Assembly (NCBI RefSeq): GCF_000284455.1
Contig: NC_017039.1
Location: forward strand, 1,290,001-1,322,000
DNA length: 32,000 bases
Direction of reading: 5' to 3'
Source of the DNA: Synechocystis sp. PCC 6803 substr. PCC-P
GTDB lineage: Bacteria; Cyanobacteriota; Cyanobacteriia; Cyanobacteriales; Microcystaceae
In this document: piece after piece, positions 23,936-32,000 of the stretch
Layout: the number at the start of each line of letters is the position of its first letter
Numbering within the stretch: position 1 is the first letter of the stretch
Program-made: the position numbers and the translations under genes
The notes under the pieces: model-generated
Databases searched by the model: none
The model's input: only the letters and a program-made list of their open reading frames with translations
What the model was told of the DNA's origin: nothing

Positions 23936-25090
23936 TTAATCCTGGGACAGTAGGCCTTGCAACTCTTCTAATCTTTCCTGGGCTTCCGGTAGGGTAGGTT
24001 CTAAAGTTAAAGCCTTTTCATAGCTGGGAATAGCCTCTTCTTTGCGCTCCATAGCTTCGAGCAGTAAACCCCGGCTTAACCAAACCTCAGCATCGTCGGG
24101 ATTTTGTGCTAAAGCTTCATCAAAATTAGCCAAGGCCTCTTCTAACTTACCCATAACTCCCAACGCACTACCCCGATTTTGCCAGGCGGAAGTCATCTGG
24201 GGATTTAAACTGATCGCCTCCCCCCAACTGGCGATCGCCGTTTCCAGTTCTCCTCTCTGGGCCTGCTGTATGCCAAGGTTTAACCAATCTTCGGCAGTAT
24301 GGGGTTCTTGGTTATTTTCAAATTGGGAGTTGTCGATGGTAACCGGGTCAACAAGAGGCCACAACTCTTCTTGTGCCAGAGCGGACGCAGTCCCCTGATC
24401 TTCGACTAAACTATCCACCGGAGCCGAGCTCGATTCACCCCCATGGTTCAAGGCTTCAGTTAACATTTCCTCTGGAATGGCGAATTTTTCCATCAATGCC
24501 CGCAAAATCACCTGGGGATCGGTGCTTTCAATGCCCAAAAAGCCAGCAAAATGGGTTGCCAAAGCGGCATCCTGGGGTAACCGTTGCACCAATTCATCAA
24601 AGGTGAAGGTTTCCATTTGCCCTTGGGCCTGGTCTATGGAAACTAGATCGGGGCCATCATATTCCCACACCGTATCCATCTGGGGCGGTGACTGCCGGGC
24701 ATACAGCTCCCTGCCAATGCGCTGGGATTTATCGCCAATGGGAGCAATCTGGGGAAAGGATTGGGCCAATTCCCCCAAACGCATCATCCGGGCGGCTAGA
24801 ACTAAATTGGGAGAAGGGGAAGCTAGCACCGTAGTTTGAAAACGGTCTAACCAATCAAGCCATTGCTTAGGCCGACAGCGGTGGTCTAACTGTTGAAAAA
24901 ATTTGAGAATACGCCCTTCGTGCCAACCGTGGGCAATGCCTTCCAGCAGTTGATTAAACAAAAACTCATAGTCAGTGTCGCTCAGGGGGGGCAGTTCCTG
25001 GAGAGATTTAGTCCCCGGCCCTGGGCCGCCCACCAGGGGGGCAAAAAGTTGTTGGATCCACTGCCAAATACGCTGGAAAAATTTCTGCAT
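23936..25090 (-). CDS. TPR-repeat protein
   Basis: The C-terminal ~120 aa form 3-4 TPR units (AEDWLNLGIQQAQRGELETAIASWGEAISLNP, and so on). The N-terminal 250 aa are uncharacterised. Confidence 0.8.
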   Translation of the reverse strand: MQKFFQRIWQWIQQLFAPLVGGPGPGTKSLQELPPLSDTDYEFLFNQLLEGIAHGWHEGRILKFFQQLDHRCRPKQWLDWLDRFQTTVLASPSPNLVLAARMMRLGELAQSFPQIAPIGDKSQRIGRELYARQSPPQMDTVWEYDGPDLVSIDQAQGQMETFTFDELVQRLPQDAALATHFAGFLGIESTDPQVILRALMEKFAIPEEMLTEALNHGGESSSAPVDSLVEDQGTASALAQEELWPLVDPVTIDNSQFENNQEPHTAEDWLNLGIQQAQRGELETAIASWGEAISLNPQMTSAWQNRGSALGVMGKLEEALANFDEALAQNPDDAEVWLSRGLLLEAMERKEEAIPSYEKALTLEPTLPEAQERLEELQGLLSQD

Positions 25091-25307
25091 CCTAAAATGG
25101 GGTGACGGTCACTGTTGACGGATTACGGGGGCGACACTTACTGACAATTATTCTAGGCCATGGTTTACCCATCCCCGGGGATTATCAACACTGGCGGGGT
25201 TTGGCCCCGGATTTTTGGCGATCGCCGGTTGTAATTTAGAATCTGCCACTACCATGGGGGGAAAGTATCAGCGTCATTGCCCAGTCCGATTCCATTGGAG
25301 CCATTGC

Positions 25308-26681
25308 ATGAGTACCACCCAAGCCCCTCCCCTCGTTTCCCTCCAAGCCCCCAAGGACGTTTCCCTCGAGGCGATCGAATCTGAATTAGCCCAAATTTGG
25401 CAAACCAGTGCCCAAAAGGAGGAGGGTTTAATCGCTACTAGGGCCACCACCTTCAGTTTTTTGGTCTATGAACCGGACAGAGTGCAGTCCCTCCTGGCCG
25501 CCCTAGGCTACTACACTGGCCCCATTGATGGCATTACCGGCCCCCGCATGACCGCCGCCATTAAATCAGCTCAAAAAGCTTTGGGCGTTACCGCTACCGG
25601 ACTATCTAGCCCAGAGTTTAAACAAGCATTACAAACTGCCTTTGAAACGGCCCACCGGGAAGGAAATTTACTCAGCACCGCTGAACGAATCACTAAACCC
25701 TATTCCCCGGACTTAGAAGGGAGTGGCATTGCCGACACCATTGCCGCCTCTAACCCCTGCCGCATTATTACCCTTTGCCCCACAGCGGAGGATGACCAGG
25801 GGGTACAGGCCCAGCTTTCCGCCTACTGCCCGATCCAAAAGACCCACCAAAATACCCTCATTTGTTGTGAATACATCACCCTACGGGGAACTTCCGATGC
25901 GCTGGAGCGGATTGGTGGTGTGATTACGGAGTTGATGCTACCGACCCTGCCCAAATATGTGTGGTGGAAAGCAAGTCCCGAAGCGGAATATGGGCTGTTT
26001 CAACGGTTGTTGTCCCATGCGGACATGATCATTGTGGATTCCAGCATTTTTAACAATCCCGAACAGGATTTGCTCCAGTTGGCTCAATTGGTTAATAAGC
26101 CAGAGGCGATAGCCGATTTAAATTGGAGTCGCTTGGCCCCGTGGCAGGAATTGACCGCTGAAGCCTTTGACCCGCCGGAGCGTCGTTCTGCAGTGGGGGA
26201 AATTGACCAAATTTCCATTGATTATGAAAAGGGTAACCATGCCCAAGCATTGATGTATTTGGGCTGGGTAGCCAGTCGTTTGCAGTGGACCCCCGTTAGT
26301 TATAGCTATCAGCCAGGGGTGTACGAAATTCACAAAATCCAATTCTGTGCTCCCAATCAACGGCCCATTGAAGCGGAGCTGGCCGGTTTACCCTTGGCTG
26401 ATACAGGGCAGGTGCTGGGGGATTTAATTAGCCTTAAACTGGGCTCCACCAATACCCAAGCCCAATGCGGCACCGTACTGTGCTCCGGCACTGTTGGTTG
26501 TATGCGCATGGAAGCTGGGGGGGGAGCGCAAAATTACCGGGTGCAACAGGTCACCGCCCTGGATGATCAAAATACGGAACAGTTACTGGGACGACAATTG
26601 CAACGCTGGGGCCGGGATGCCCTCTACGATGAGTCCATGGCGATCGTGTTGGCAATTTTACAGTTATCCCAGGCAGGATAA
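25308..26681 (+). CDS. opcA: OpcA, glucose-6-phosphate dehydrogenase assembly/activator protein, with an embedded peptidoglycan-binding-like module
   Basis: The N-terminus MSTTQAPPLVSLQAPKDVSLEAIESELAQIWQ...ATRATTFSFLVYEP is the cyanobacterial OpcA signature as I recall it. LLAALGYYTGPIDGITGPRMTAAIKSAQKALGVTATG resembles a PG_binding_1 repeat. The start is trimmed from the TTG at 25215 to the ATG at 25308. Confidence 0.7.
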   Translation: MSTTQAPPLVSLQAPKDVSLEAIESELAQIWQTSAQKEEGLIATRATTFSFLVYEPDRVQSLLAALGYYTGPIDGITGPRMTAAIKSAQKALGVTATGLSSPEFKQALQTAFETAHREGNLLSTAERITKPYSPDLEGSGIADTIAASNPCRIITLCPTAEDDQGVQAQLSAYCPIQKTHQNTLICCEYITLRGTSDALERIGGVITELMLPTLPKYVWWKASPEAEYGLFQRLLSHADMIIVDSSIFNNPEQDLLQLAQLVNKPEAIADLNWSRLAPWQELTAEAFDPPERRSAVGEIDQISIDYEKGNHAQALMYLGWVASRLQWTPVSYSYQPGVYEIHKIQFCAPNQRPIEAELAGLPLADTGQVLGDLISLKLGSTNTQAQCGTVLCSGTVGCMRMEAGGGAQNYRVQQVTALDDQNTEQLLGRQLQRWGRDALYDESMAIVLAILQLSQAG

Positions 26682-26738
26682 TGGCAGAATGGAGCAACAA
26701 GCGCCCTTTGCTTAATCTGTTCTTAACCTTAGTCGGCC

Positions 26739-27497
26739 ATGACTTCCCCCACTGCTCCGTTAATTTCCTTTGACCAGTTGCAAAAAAACTTTGGCGCCCT
26801 CCAGGTTTTGCGGGGAGTAACGGGGGAAATTTACCCCAAAGATGTGATTTCTATCATTGGCCCTTCCGGTTGCGGCAAGAGCACTTTTTTGCGTTGCCTG
26901 AATCGCCTTGAACCCATCAGCGGTGGCCGTCTCGAAGTGGCGGGGGTGGACTTATCCGGGGCTAAAATTGACCAGAAACATCTGCGGCAGTTGCGGGTGC
27001 GGGTGGGCATGGTTTTCCAGCATTTCAATCTGTTTCCCCATCTGACGGTTTTGCAAAATCTCTTGCTGGCCCCCCGTAAGGTGTTACGCATTCCCATGGC
27101 GGAAGCTAAGGACCGGGCTTTAACCTACCTGGATAAAGTGGGTTTGGGCACTAAAGCTGATAACTACCCAGACCAACTCTCCGGCGGCCAAAAGCAACGG
27201 GTGGCGATCGCCAGGGGGCTGTGCATGAAGCCGGAAATTCTTTTATTCGATGAACCCACCAGCGCCCTAGACCCGGAATTAGTGGGGGAAGTGCTGAATG
27301 TGATGAAACAGTTGGCCGAAGAAGGCATGACCATGGCGGTGGTGACCCATGAGATGCAGTTTGCCCGGGAAGTATCCAATCGGGTCTTTTTCTTTAACCA
27401 AGGAATCATTGAAGAAGAGGGCGACCCCAACGAAGTTTTTCGCAATCCCAAGAGCGATCGCCTACGGGCATTTCTCAGTCGCATTCAGTCCAGTTAA
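26739..27497 (+). CDS. bgtA: Polar amino-acid ABC transporter ATP-binding protein (GlnQ/HisP-like; BgtA in Synechocystis from memory)
   Basis: Walker [10 protein letters not shown], signature [13 protein letters not shown], Walker [13 protein letters not shown] and H-loop VTHEM. Confidence 0.85.
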   Translation: MTSPTAPLISFDQLQKNFGALQVLRGVTGEIYPKDVISIIGPSGCGKSTFLRCLNRLEPISGGRLEVAGVDLSGAKIDQKHLRQLRVRVGMVFQHFNLFPHLTVLQNLLLAPRKVLRIPMAEAKDRALTYLDKVGLGTKADNYPDQLSGGQKQRVAIARGLCMKPEILLFDEPTSALDPELVGEVLNVMKQLAEEGMTMAVVTHEMQFAREVSNRVFFFNQGIIEEEGDPNEVFRNPKSDRLRAFLSRIQSS

Positions 27498-27745
27498 TCC
27501 CTTGGGCTCACAAAAATTTCTAGAATTGTCCGTAATTTCACGGTTGTTTTTTCAATCGAATTTTCTGCTTTTCCTCCCTTTTTTCTTGGGGGATGGGGTT
27601 TTGAAACAAAACGCCTAGGACGAATGCCCCGGTGACCACCCTAGATAGCCATAAAAACAGGCCAGCGAAAGGCGATCGCCAGCCTAGGGATAGAAGTAAA
27701 AAGTTTTACCAGTGTGGTTTTTGAGCTGTTCCCGGTAATGCCGGG

Positions 27746-28357
27746 CTAAACTCCCTGGAAATTGCGCCAAACCCCCATTAAAATCCCCTGGATTTCAACA
27801 TCGCTGGCTTTCAATTCTTGGCCAGGGCCTTTGTTGTTGGAGGCTTTGAGTACGACCTTAGTGCCATCTTGGTAATAGCGTTTGATAGCAATCTTGCCCC
27901 CCTTAATACTGGCGGCGACCAATTCCCCATCTTCGATTTCCTCTTCTCCAGTCACAGAACGGAGAATCAGCATATCACCTTCGACAATAAAATCGTCCAC
28001 GAGGTCATTGCTCATGACCCTGAGGGCAAAAACCGATGATTTCTTCATCAGGGGGGCAAAGTCAATCTTTTCCACTTCCTCTGCGTCCGCTTCCACCAGT
28101 TCACCGCCTTTGAGTTCGCCAATGACGGAAACTCCTTTTGGTTTTTGGTGGAGAATTCTCAGGGTGCGGGCTTTGCCGTCAGTCCAATCAACGTAACCCT
28201 TATTGCGTAACCGTTCCAATCGACTTTGAATGGGGGCCGGAGAACGCAAATTCATGGCCCGCATCATTTGGCGGATGGAGGGGGCGTGCTGGGTTTCGTC
28301 AATGTAACTAACTAACCAGTCAAAAAGTTCTTTTTGGGCTCGGGTGAGAGGTTCCAT
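27746..28357 (-). CDS. lexA: LexA-family repressor (non-canonical, probably not self-cleaving)
   Basis: An N-terminal winged helix-turn-helix (SIRQMMRAMNLRSPAPIQSRLERLRNKGYV) and a C-terminal S24-like fold. AGGAG lies 8 nt upstream of the ATG. See the LexA finding for the changed cleavage-site residues. Confidence 0.9.
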   Translation of the reverse strand: MEPLTRAQKELFDWLVSYIDETQHAPSIRQMMRAMNLRSPAPIQSRLERLRNKGYVDWTDGKARTLRILHQKPKGVSVIGELKGGELVEADAEEVEKIDFAPLMKKSSVFALRVMSNDLVDDFIVEGDMLILRSVTGEEEIEDGELVAASIKGGKIAIKRYYQDGTKVVLKASNNKGPGQELKASDVEIQGILMGVWRNFQGV

Positions 28358-28572
28358 GTAATATCTCCTATAGGAATGTATTTAGGACTCTAGGACTATT
28401 TTAAACCCAGTCATAACATTCAGGGCAATCATACTAAAAAAGATACAAAATTTTACATTTCTTCCGACGGTTCCTCATTTTCGGCCAGCAGAAGGCGATC
28501 GCCGCTGTGATTGAGGGCGAAAAAGCAAAATTGAGACTACCCCGAAAAATGTTACTGTTATCGCCGAAGATC

Positions 28573-29568
28573 TCAGAAATTGGCAAGTTTTTCCGCTTCT
28601 TGCACCTGTTCGATTAAGCTCCGCACTTCCTCAGTACCGGCGGAAGGTTCAAAGCCCAGGGGAAATTTGCCACTGCTAATCATCCGCAGGCCCAGGGGCA
28701 AAATACTAGCAATACCTTTGAGATCCCGGAAGAAATTACCCACTACGTAAATACCGAACTTACGCTCATCCACCCAACCACCGGCTTTAACCAAATCCAC
28801 CATAACTTTGCGGTGGCGCACCGGGCGACTGTCCTGGGCTGTTTTCTGGGCCAGAAGGGCAGACTTAATTTTCCCAATCTGGTCCATGGGGGCCACTTCC
28901 ATGGGGCAGACTTCGTTACAGAGGTAACAACGGGTACAGCCCCAGGCCCCGGCTGTAGCATTGTTGTAGCTTTCGAGGCGATCGGCTGTGGCTCCATCCC
29001 GGGAGTCGGTTAATAATCTTTGGGCTTTGGCCAGGGCATGGGGGCCGACAAAATCGGGATTAACAGATTTAGCGTTGCACTCGGAATAGCAAGCTCCACA
29101 GAGAATGCAATTGCCCATTTGGTTGAGTTTTTCCCTTTCCGCTGGGGTTTGGAGAAATTCCCGTTCCGGCACCTTGCGCCCCTGGGTACTAACGTAGGGC
29201 TCCACCCGTTCCAAGTCGTCCCAGAAGGGTTGCATATCCACAATTAGATCTTTGATGACGGGCAAATTACCGAGGGGAGCCACCGTCACCACAGGAATGC
29301 CTGCTTCGTTAACCTGGGTAAATAATCTGGTTTCACTGCCCACATTTTCCTTACAAGCCAAGGCCGATCGCCCATTAACCCGCATACTGCAACTGCCACA
29401 GATGGTATTGCGACAATTTTTGCGGAAGTTTAAACTGCCGTCCTGTTCCCATTTAATCTGATTTAAACACTCCAAAATGGTGGCACCGGGCTCCACTTCT
29501 AGATCAAATTTTTCTAGGTAGGGAGACTGTTGCGGTTTTTGGCGCAAAATTTGAAATTGGACTTGCAT
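28573..29568 (-). CDS. sdhB: Succinate dehydrogenase/fumarate reductase iron-sulfur subunit
   Basis: 2Fe-2S motif CRNTICGSCSMRVNGRSALAC, first 4Fe-4S motif CILCGACYSEC and third cluster motif CTRCYLCNEVCP. At 331 aa it is longer than classical SdhB. Confidence 0.9.
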   Translation of the reverse strand: MQVQFQILRQKPQQSPYLEKFDLEVEPGATILECLNQIKWEQDGSLNFRKNCRNTICGSCSMRVNGRSALACKENVGSETRLFTQVNEAGIPVVTVAPLGNLPVIKDLIVDMQPFWDDLERVEPYVSTQGRKVPEREFLQTPAEREKLNQMGNCILCGACYSECNAKSVNPDFVGPHALAKAQRLLTDSRDGATADRLESYNNATAGAWGCTRCYLCNEVCPMEVAPMDQIGKIKSALLAQKTAQDSRPVRHRKVMVDLVKAGGWVDERKFGIYVVGNFFRDLKGIASILPLGLRMISSGKFPLGFEPSAGTEEVRSLIEQVQEAEKLANF

Positions 29569-29670
29569 AGGAAATACCCTGGGAAAAGCAATATGGGCGG
29601 AGGCTACCTCACAGTTTAGATTAAGACCCCGTTGCTGGCTTTTTTTGTCGAGAACCCCCTAGAATTGTGC

Positions 29671-29787
29671 CTATTTTCCCAAGTCTTTGACACCATTGAG
29701 CAACATCACTAAGCCTGCCACTAAAATTCCCAAGGCGATCGCCCCTAAAATCCAATCTAAATTAGCCGTATTTTCCATACTTTCCAT
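29671..29787 (-). CDS. Candidate small membrane protein (38 aa), not in the ORF track
   Basis: My own translation is MESMENTANLDWILGAIALGILVAGLVMLLNGVKDLGK*. It has an ATG start with an in-frame stop two codons upstream, one clear transmembrane helix, and HIP1 read in-frame as A-I-A. It sits in the 293-nt gap between the response-regulator gene and sdhB on the same strand. There is no obvious Shine-Dalgarno sequence. Confidence 0.35.
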   Translation of the reverse strand: MESMENTANLDWILGAIALGILVAGLVMLLNGVKDLGK

Positions 29788-29861
29788 GGGTTAATGCCCA
29801 GGGGGCAGCGAATGATTTGGATGGGTAACCATGACTACTTTTCACCCAGTCCTAGAGCATA

Positions 29862-30866
29862 CTAATTCAACTTTTGGGCCAAACTCTCTTCTATGGAATT
29901 TTTGTTAATAAAATTGACAAACTTTTCCACCATTTCTGGATTACGCCAACCCCGTCGGGCTTCTCCTTGTAAAATTTCCAAAGCCTGGGCCGTATTCACC
30001 GCTTCCTTATAGCGACGGTTACTGGTTAGGGCAGTGAAAATATCAATGATTTGAAAAACCTGAGCTAGCAGGGGAATTTCCTTACCCCGGAGAGCATCAG
30101 GGTAGCCACTGCCATCCCAGCGTTCATGGTGATAGCGCATAATTTCCCCCACAGCCCTACGCCCAGCCAGGGGTTCAAAAATGGTAGCCGCCACATGGAC
30201 ATGGTCCCTCACGCAGTCCAATTCTGTGGAGTTGAGGGGCCCTTGCTTGAGCATAATTTCATCGGGCACTTGGATCAGTCCCAAATCGTGTAGCCGAGCC
30301 GCAAAAACAAGGTCATCAATTTGCCCCTGTTCTAGACCGATAAATTCGCCAAAACCCTCTATTAGTTGACTACAGGTGATGCTAGCCTCCCCAACAGCGT
30401 AGCGTTCTTCAATCACCGCCGCTAAGCGAAATAAAACCTGTTCAATTTGGGCTACGGATTCGGCTAATTTCTTTTTCTGGATCAGTAAATCCACCTGATT
30501 GAGCAGTTCCACCCGCTCCAAGGGTTTGAGCAAATAGGCATCGGCCCCACTGGCCCGACTACGGAGACGGCATTGGGGGTCGTCCATGGCATTGGTGAGA
30601 ATGATGGGAATATATTGCCCGACGGGGCTATGTTTGATTGCCTGACACAATTCAATGCCATTTTGGTGGGCCAAATTGACGTCCATCAACACTAAGTCCG
30701 GATCAACTTTTTCCACCTGTTCCACCACTTGGCCACAACTGAATCCTTTGGTGGTCTCCCCTTCAATAATTTGGTAATTGTTCAAACGCAAAAGGTCGGC
30801 GCTGGCGATGCGACTGTAGGGGTGGTCGTCCAACAAAAAAATACGGAGGGGAGAAATTTGGTTCAC
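29862..30866 (-). CDS. Response regulator with an HD-GYP domain (putative c-di-GMP phosphodiesterase)
   Basis: REC domain (LLDD, LVLMDVNL, YLLKP) followed by HD-GYP motifs (RLHDLGLIQVP, HHERWDGSGYPD). GTG start with no nearby ATG. Confidence 0.9.
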   Translation of the reverse strand: MNQISPLRIFLLDDHPYSRIASADLLRLNNYQIIEGETTKGFSCGQVVEQVEKVDPDLVLMDVNLAHQNGIELCQAIKHSPVGQYIPIILTNAMDDPQCRLRSRASGADAYLLKPLERVELLNQVDLLIQKKKLAESVAQIEQVLFRLAAVIEERYAVGEASITCSQLIEGFGEFIGLEQGQIDDLVFAARLHDLGLIQVPDEIMLKQGPLNSTELDCVRDHVHVAATIFEPLAGRRAVGEIMRYHHERWDGSGYPDALRGKEIPLLAQVFQIIDIFTALTSNRRYKEAVNTAQALEILQGEARRGWRNPEMVEKFVNFINKNSIEESLAQKLN

Positions 30867-30878
30867 GGATAGGTGGGG

Positions 30879-31550
30879 TTAAACTGCGGTCTTGTTCATC
30901 ATTCTTTGCTTGAGGGGTTTGGGATCTCCCTGCGCCACAATTTTGCCTTCCTCCAACAGAAAGGCTCCATCACAATAGTCTAGCTCGTCTAAGCGATGGG
31001 TTACCCACAGGGCGGTGATGCCCCTTTGTTTGACTAATTTTTGTACTTGCAATACCAATTCCTGTTGACTATCTCGGTCCAGCAAGGCAGTGGGCTCATC
31101 CAATAAAAGCACGGAACAGTGTCTGGCGATCGCCCCGGCAATGGCAATGCGTTGTTTTTGGCCGCCACTGAGGGCATAGATGGGACGGCGGGCCATCTCA
31201 GCTAGGTTAACCGCTTGCAGGGCTTCTCCTACCCGGACTTGTACTTCCTGGGGAGAAAGTTTTTCCTTGACTAAACCAAAGGCAATATCGGCCCCGACGG
31301 TGGGCATAACTAATTGATGGTCAGGATTTTGGAAAACAAAGCCCATGGGTTCGGCCAGTTTCACCAGACCGGATTGGGGGGTGAGGAGTCCCGCCAATAA
31401 CCTTAATAGGGTAGATTTTCCACTACCATTGGTGCCCAACAGCATCCAAAACTGACCTTGGGGCACCGCCAGACTACAGTTTTGCAAACCGGGGCGATCG
31501 GCAGACCATTGAAAATTTAGGTCCTGGGCAATGATGGCGGGGGTGGACAT
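30879..31550 (-). CDS. ABC transporter ATP-binding protein (CbiO/EcfA-like)
   Basis: Walker A GTNGSGKST, signature [13 protein letters not shown] and Walker B VLLLDEPT. 223 aa. The stop lies 12 nt before the response-regulator start. Confidence 0.85.
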   Translation of the reverse strand: MSTPAIIAQDLNFQWSADRPGLQNCSLAVPQGQFWMLLGTNGSGKSTLLRLLAGLLTPQSGLVKLAEPMGFVFQNPDHQLVMPTVGADIAFGLVKEKLSPQEVQVRVGEALQAVNLAEMARRPIYALSGGQKQRIAIAGAIARHCSVLLLDEPTALLDRDSQQELVLQVQKLVKQRGITALWVTHRLDELDYCDGAFLLEEGKIVAQGDPKPLKQRMMNKTAV

Positions 31551-31713
31551 GGAAATGTGATGGAATAAGGCTCTCCAATTCTAGGTTACCGAGCCAAATG
31601 TGGGTCGATGGGCAATGGACTTTGCCTTTGCTCTGGATTAGGGCAGGAAAATGGTCCGGCCTTGGTGGGTTTAGGTACACTGCAAAGAGATTTCATTTCT
31701 CAAAATTATTGCC

Positions 31714-32000
31714 ATGGCAACTATCCAAGCTTTTTGGCGCTTCTCCCGCCCCCATACCATCATTGGTACAACTCTGAGCGTCTGGGCTGTGTATCTGTTA
31801 ACTATTCTCGGGGATGGAAACTCAGTTAACTCCCCTGCTTCCCTGGATTTAGTGTTCGGCGCTTGGCTGGCCTGCCTGTTGGGTAATGTGTACATTGTCG
31901 GCCTCAACCAATTGTGGGATGTGGACATTGACCGCATCAATAAGCCGAATTTGCCCCTAGCTAACGGAGATTTTTCTATCGCCCAGGGCCGTTGGATTGT
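31714..32000 (+). CDS. hpt: Homogentisate phytyltransferase (UbiA prenyltransferase family), 5' part, runs off the window
   Basis: My own translation is MATIQAFWRFSRPHTIIGTTLSVWAVYLLTILG...VGLNQLWDVDIDRINKPNLPLANGDFS. NQxxDxxxD is the first UbiA Asp-rich motif. The position after opcA-bgtA fits Synechocystis slr1736 from memory. It is not in the ORF track because it is truncated. Confidence 0.8.
   Translation, partial: MATIQAFWRFSRPHTIIGTTLSVWAVYLLTILGDGNSVNSPASLDLVFGAWLACLLGNVYIVGLNQLWDVDIDRINKPNLPLANGDFSIAQGRWI

Noticed and set aside
24042-24839. Three plus-strand ORFs (118, 77 and 120 aa) opposite the TPR gene.
   Set aside because: They are antisense frames of a gene with recognisable TPR repeats and offer no independent support.
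27529-27551. CCGT-aatttc-ACGG followed by TTGTTTTTT after bgtA, as a possible terminator.
   Set aside because: A stem of only 4 bp is too weak to call without folding energies or 3'-end data.
31608-31940. ORFs 31608..31829 (+) and 31671..31940 (-).
   Set aside because: Both overlap the frame that gives an excellent UbiA-family N-terminus (ATG ~31714, NQLWDVDIDRINKP), so that truncated gene is the real feature.
1-32000. Search by eye for tRNA, rRNA, transposase or integrase genes and for prophage-like content.
   Set aside because: I found no T-loop or anticodon-arm-like structures, rRNA-like stretches, or DDE or tyrosine-recombinase motifs. A scan with tRNAscan or Infernal would be needed to exclude small RNAs formally.

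Overview
The window reads as a chromosomal segment of a unicellular cyanobacterium. Gene content and order match my memory of Synechocystis sp. PCC 6803: pilA1-pilA2, sigE, thrC, Cry-DASH, lexA, sdhB, opcA-bgtA and the start of the homogentisate phytyltransferase gene. Locus names are recalled from memory, not searched. I support about 33 protein-coding genes, and found no rRNA, tRNA, CRISPR array or transposase gene.

The octamer GCGATCGC (HIP1) is strongly over-represented. By hand count there are 20 perfect copies, 19 of them after position 11.7 kb.

Most worth a second look:
1. A head-to-tail array of DUF29 genes (1-1751) with conserved ends and a diverged centre. Further DUF29 or DUF29-like genes lie at 8801 and 21870.
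2. An orphan DUF4351 (Rpn-C-terminal-like) ORF whose stop overlaps the start of a DUF29 gene. The pair converges on a coiled-coil PD-(D/E)XK-like protein (8192-9683).
3. A very AT-rich, HIP1-free block (about 1.8-5.5 kb) carrying a small methyltransferase and a GT41 (OGT/SPINDLY-like) glycosyltransferase. It abuts the pilA1-pilA2 operon, and a second methyltransferase lies just upstream of pilA1. These are candidate pilin-modification genes.
4. A roughly 100-bp MITE-like repeat present twice, one copy overlapping the TTG start of cry.
5. An unlisted 38-codon single-transmembrane ORF between the HD-GYP response regulator and sdhB.

CDS coordinates come from the supplied ORF track, with some starts trimmed. 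Coordinates of motifs, hairpins and repeats were counted by hand and may be off by 1-2 nt.
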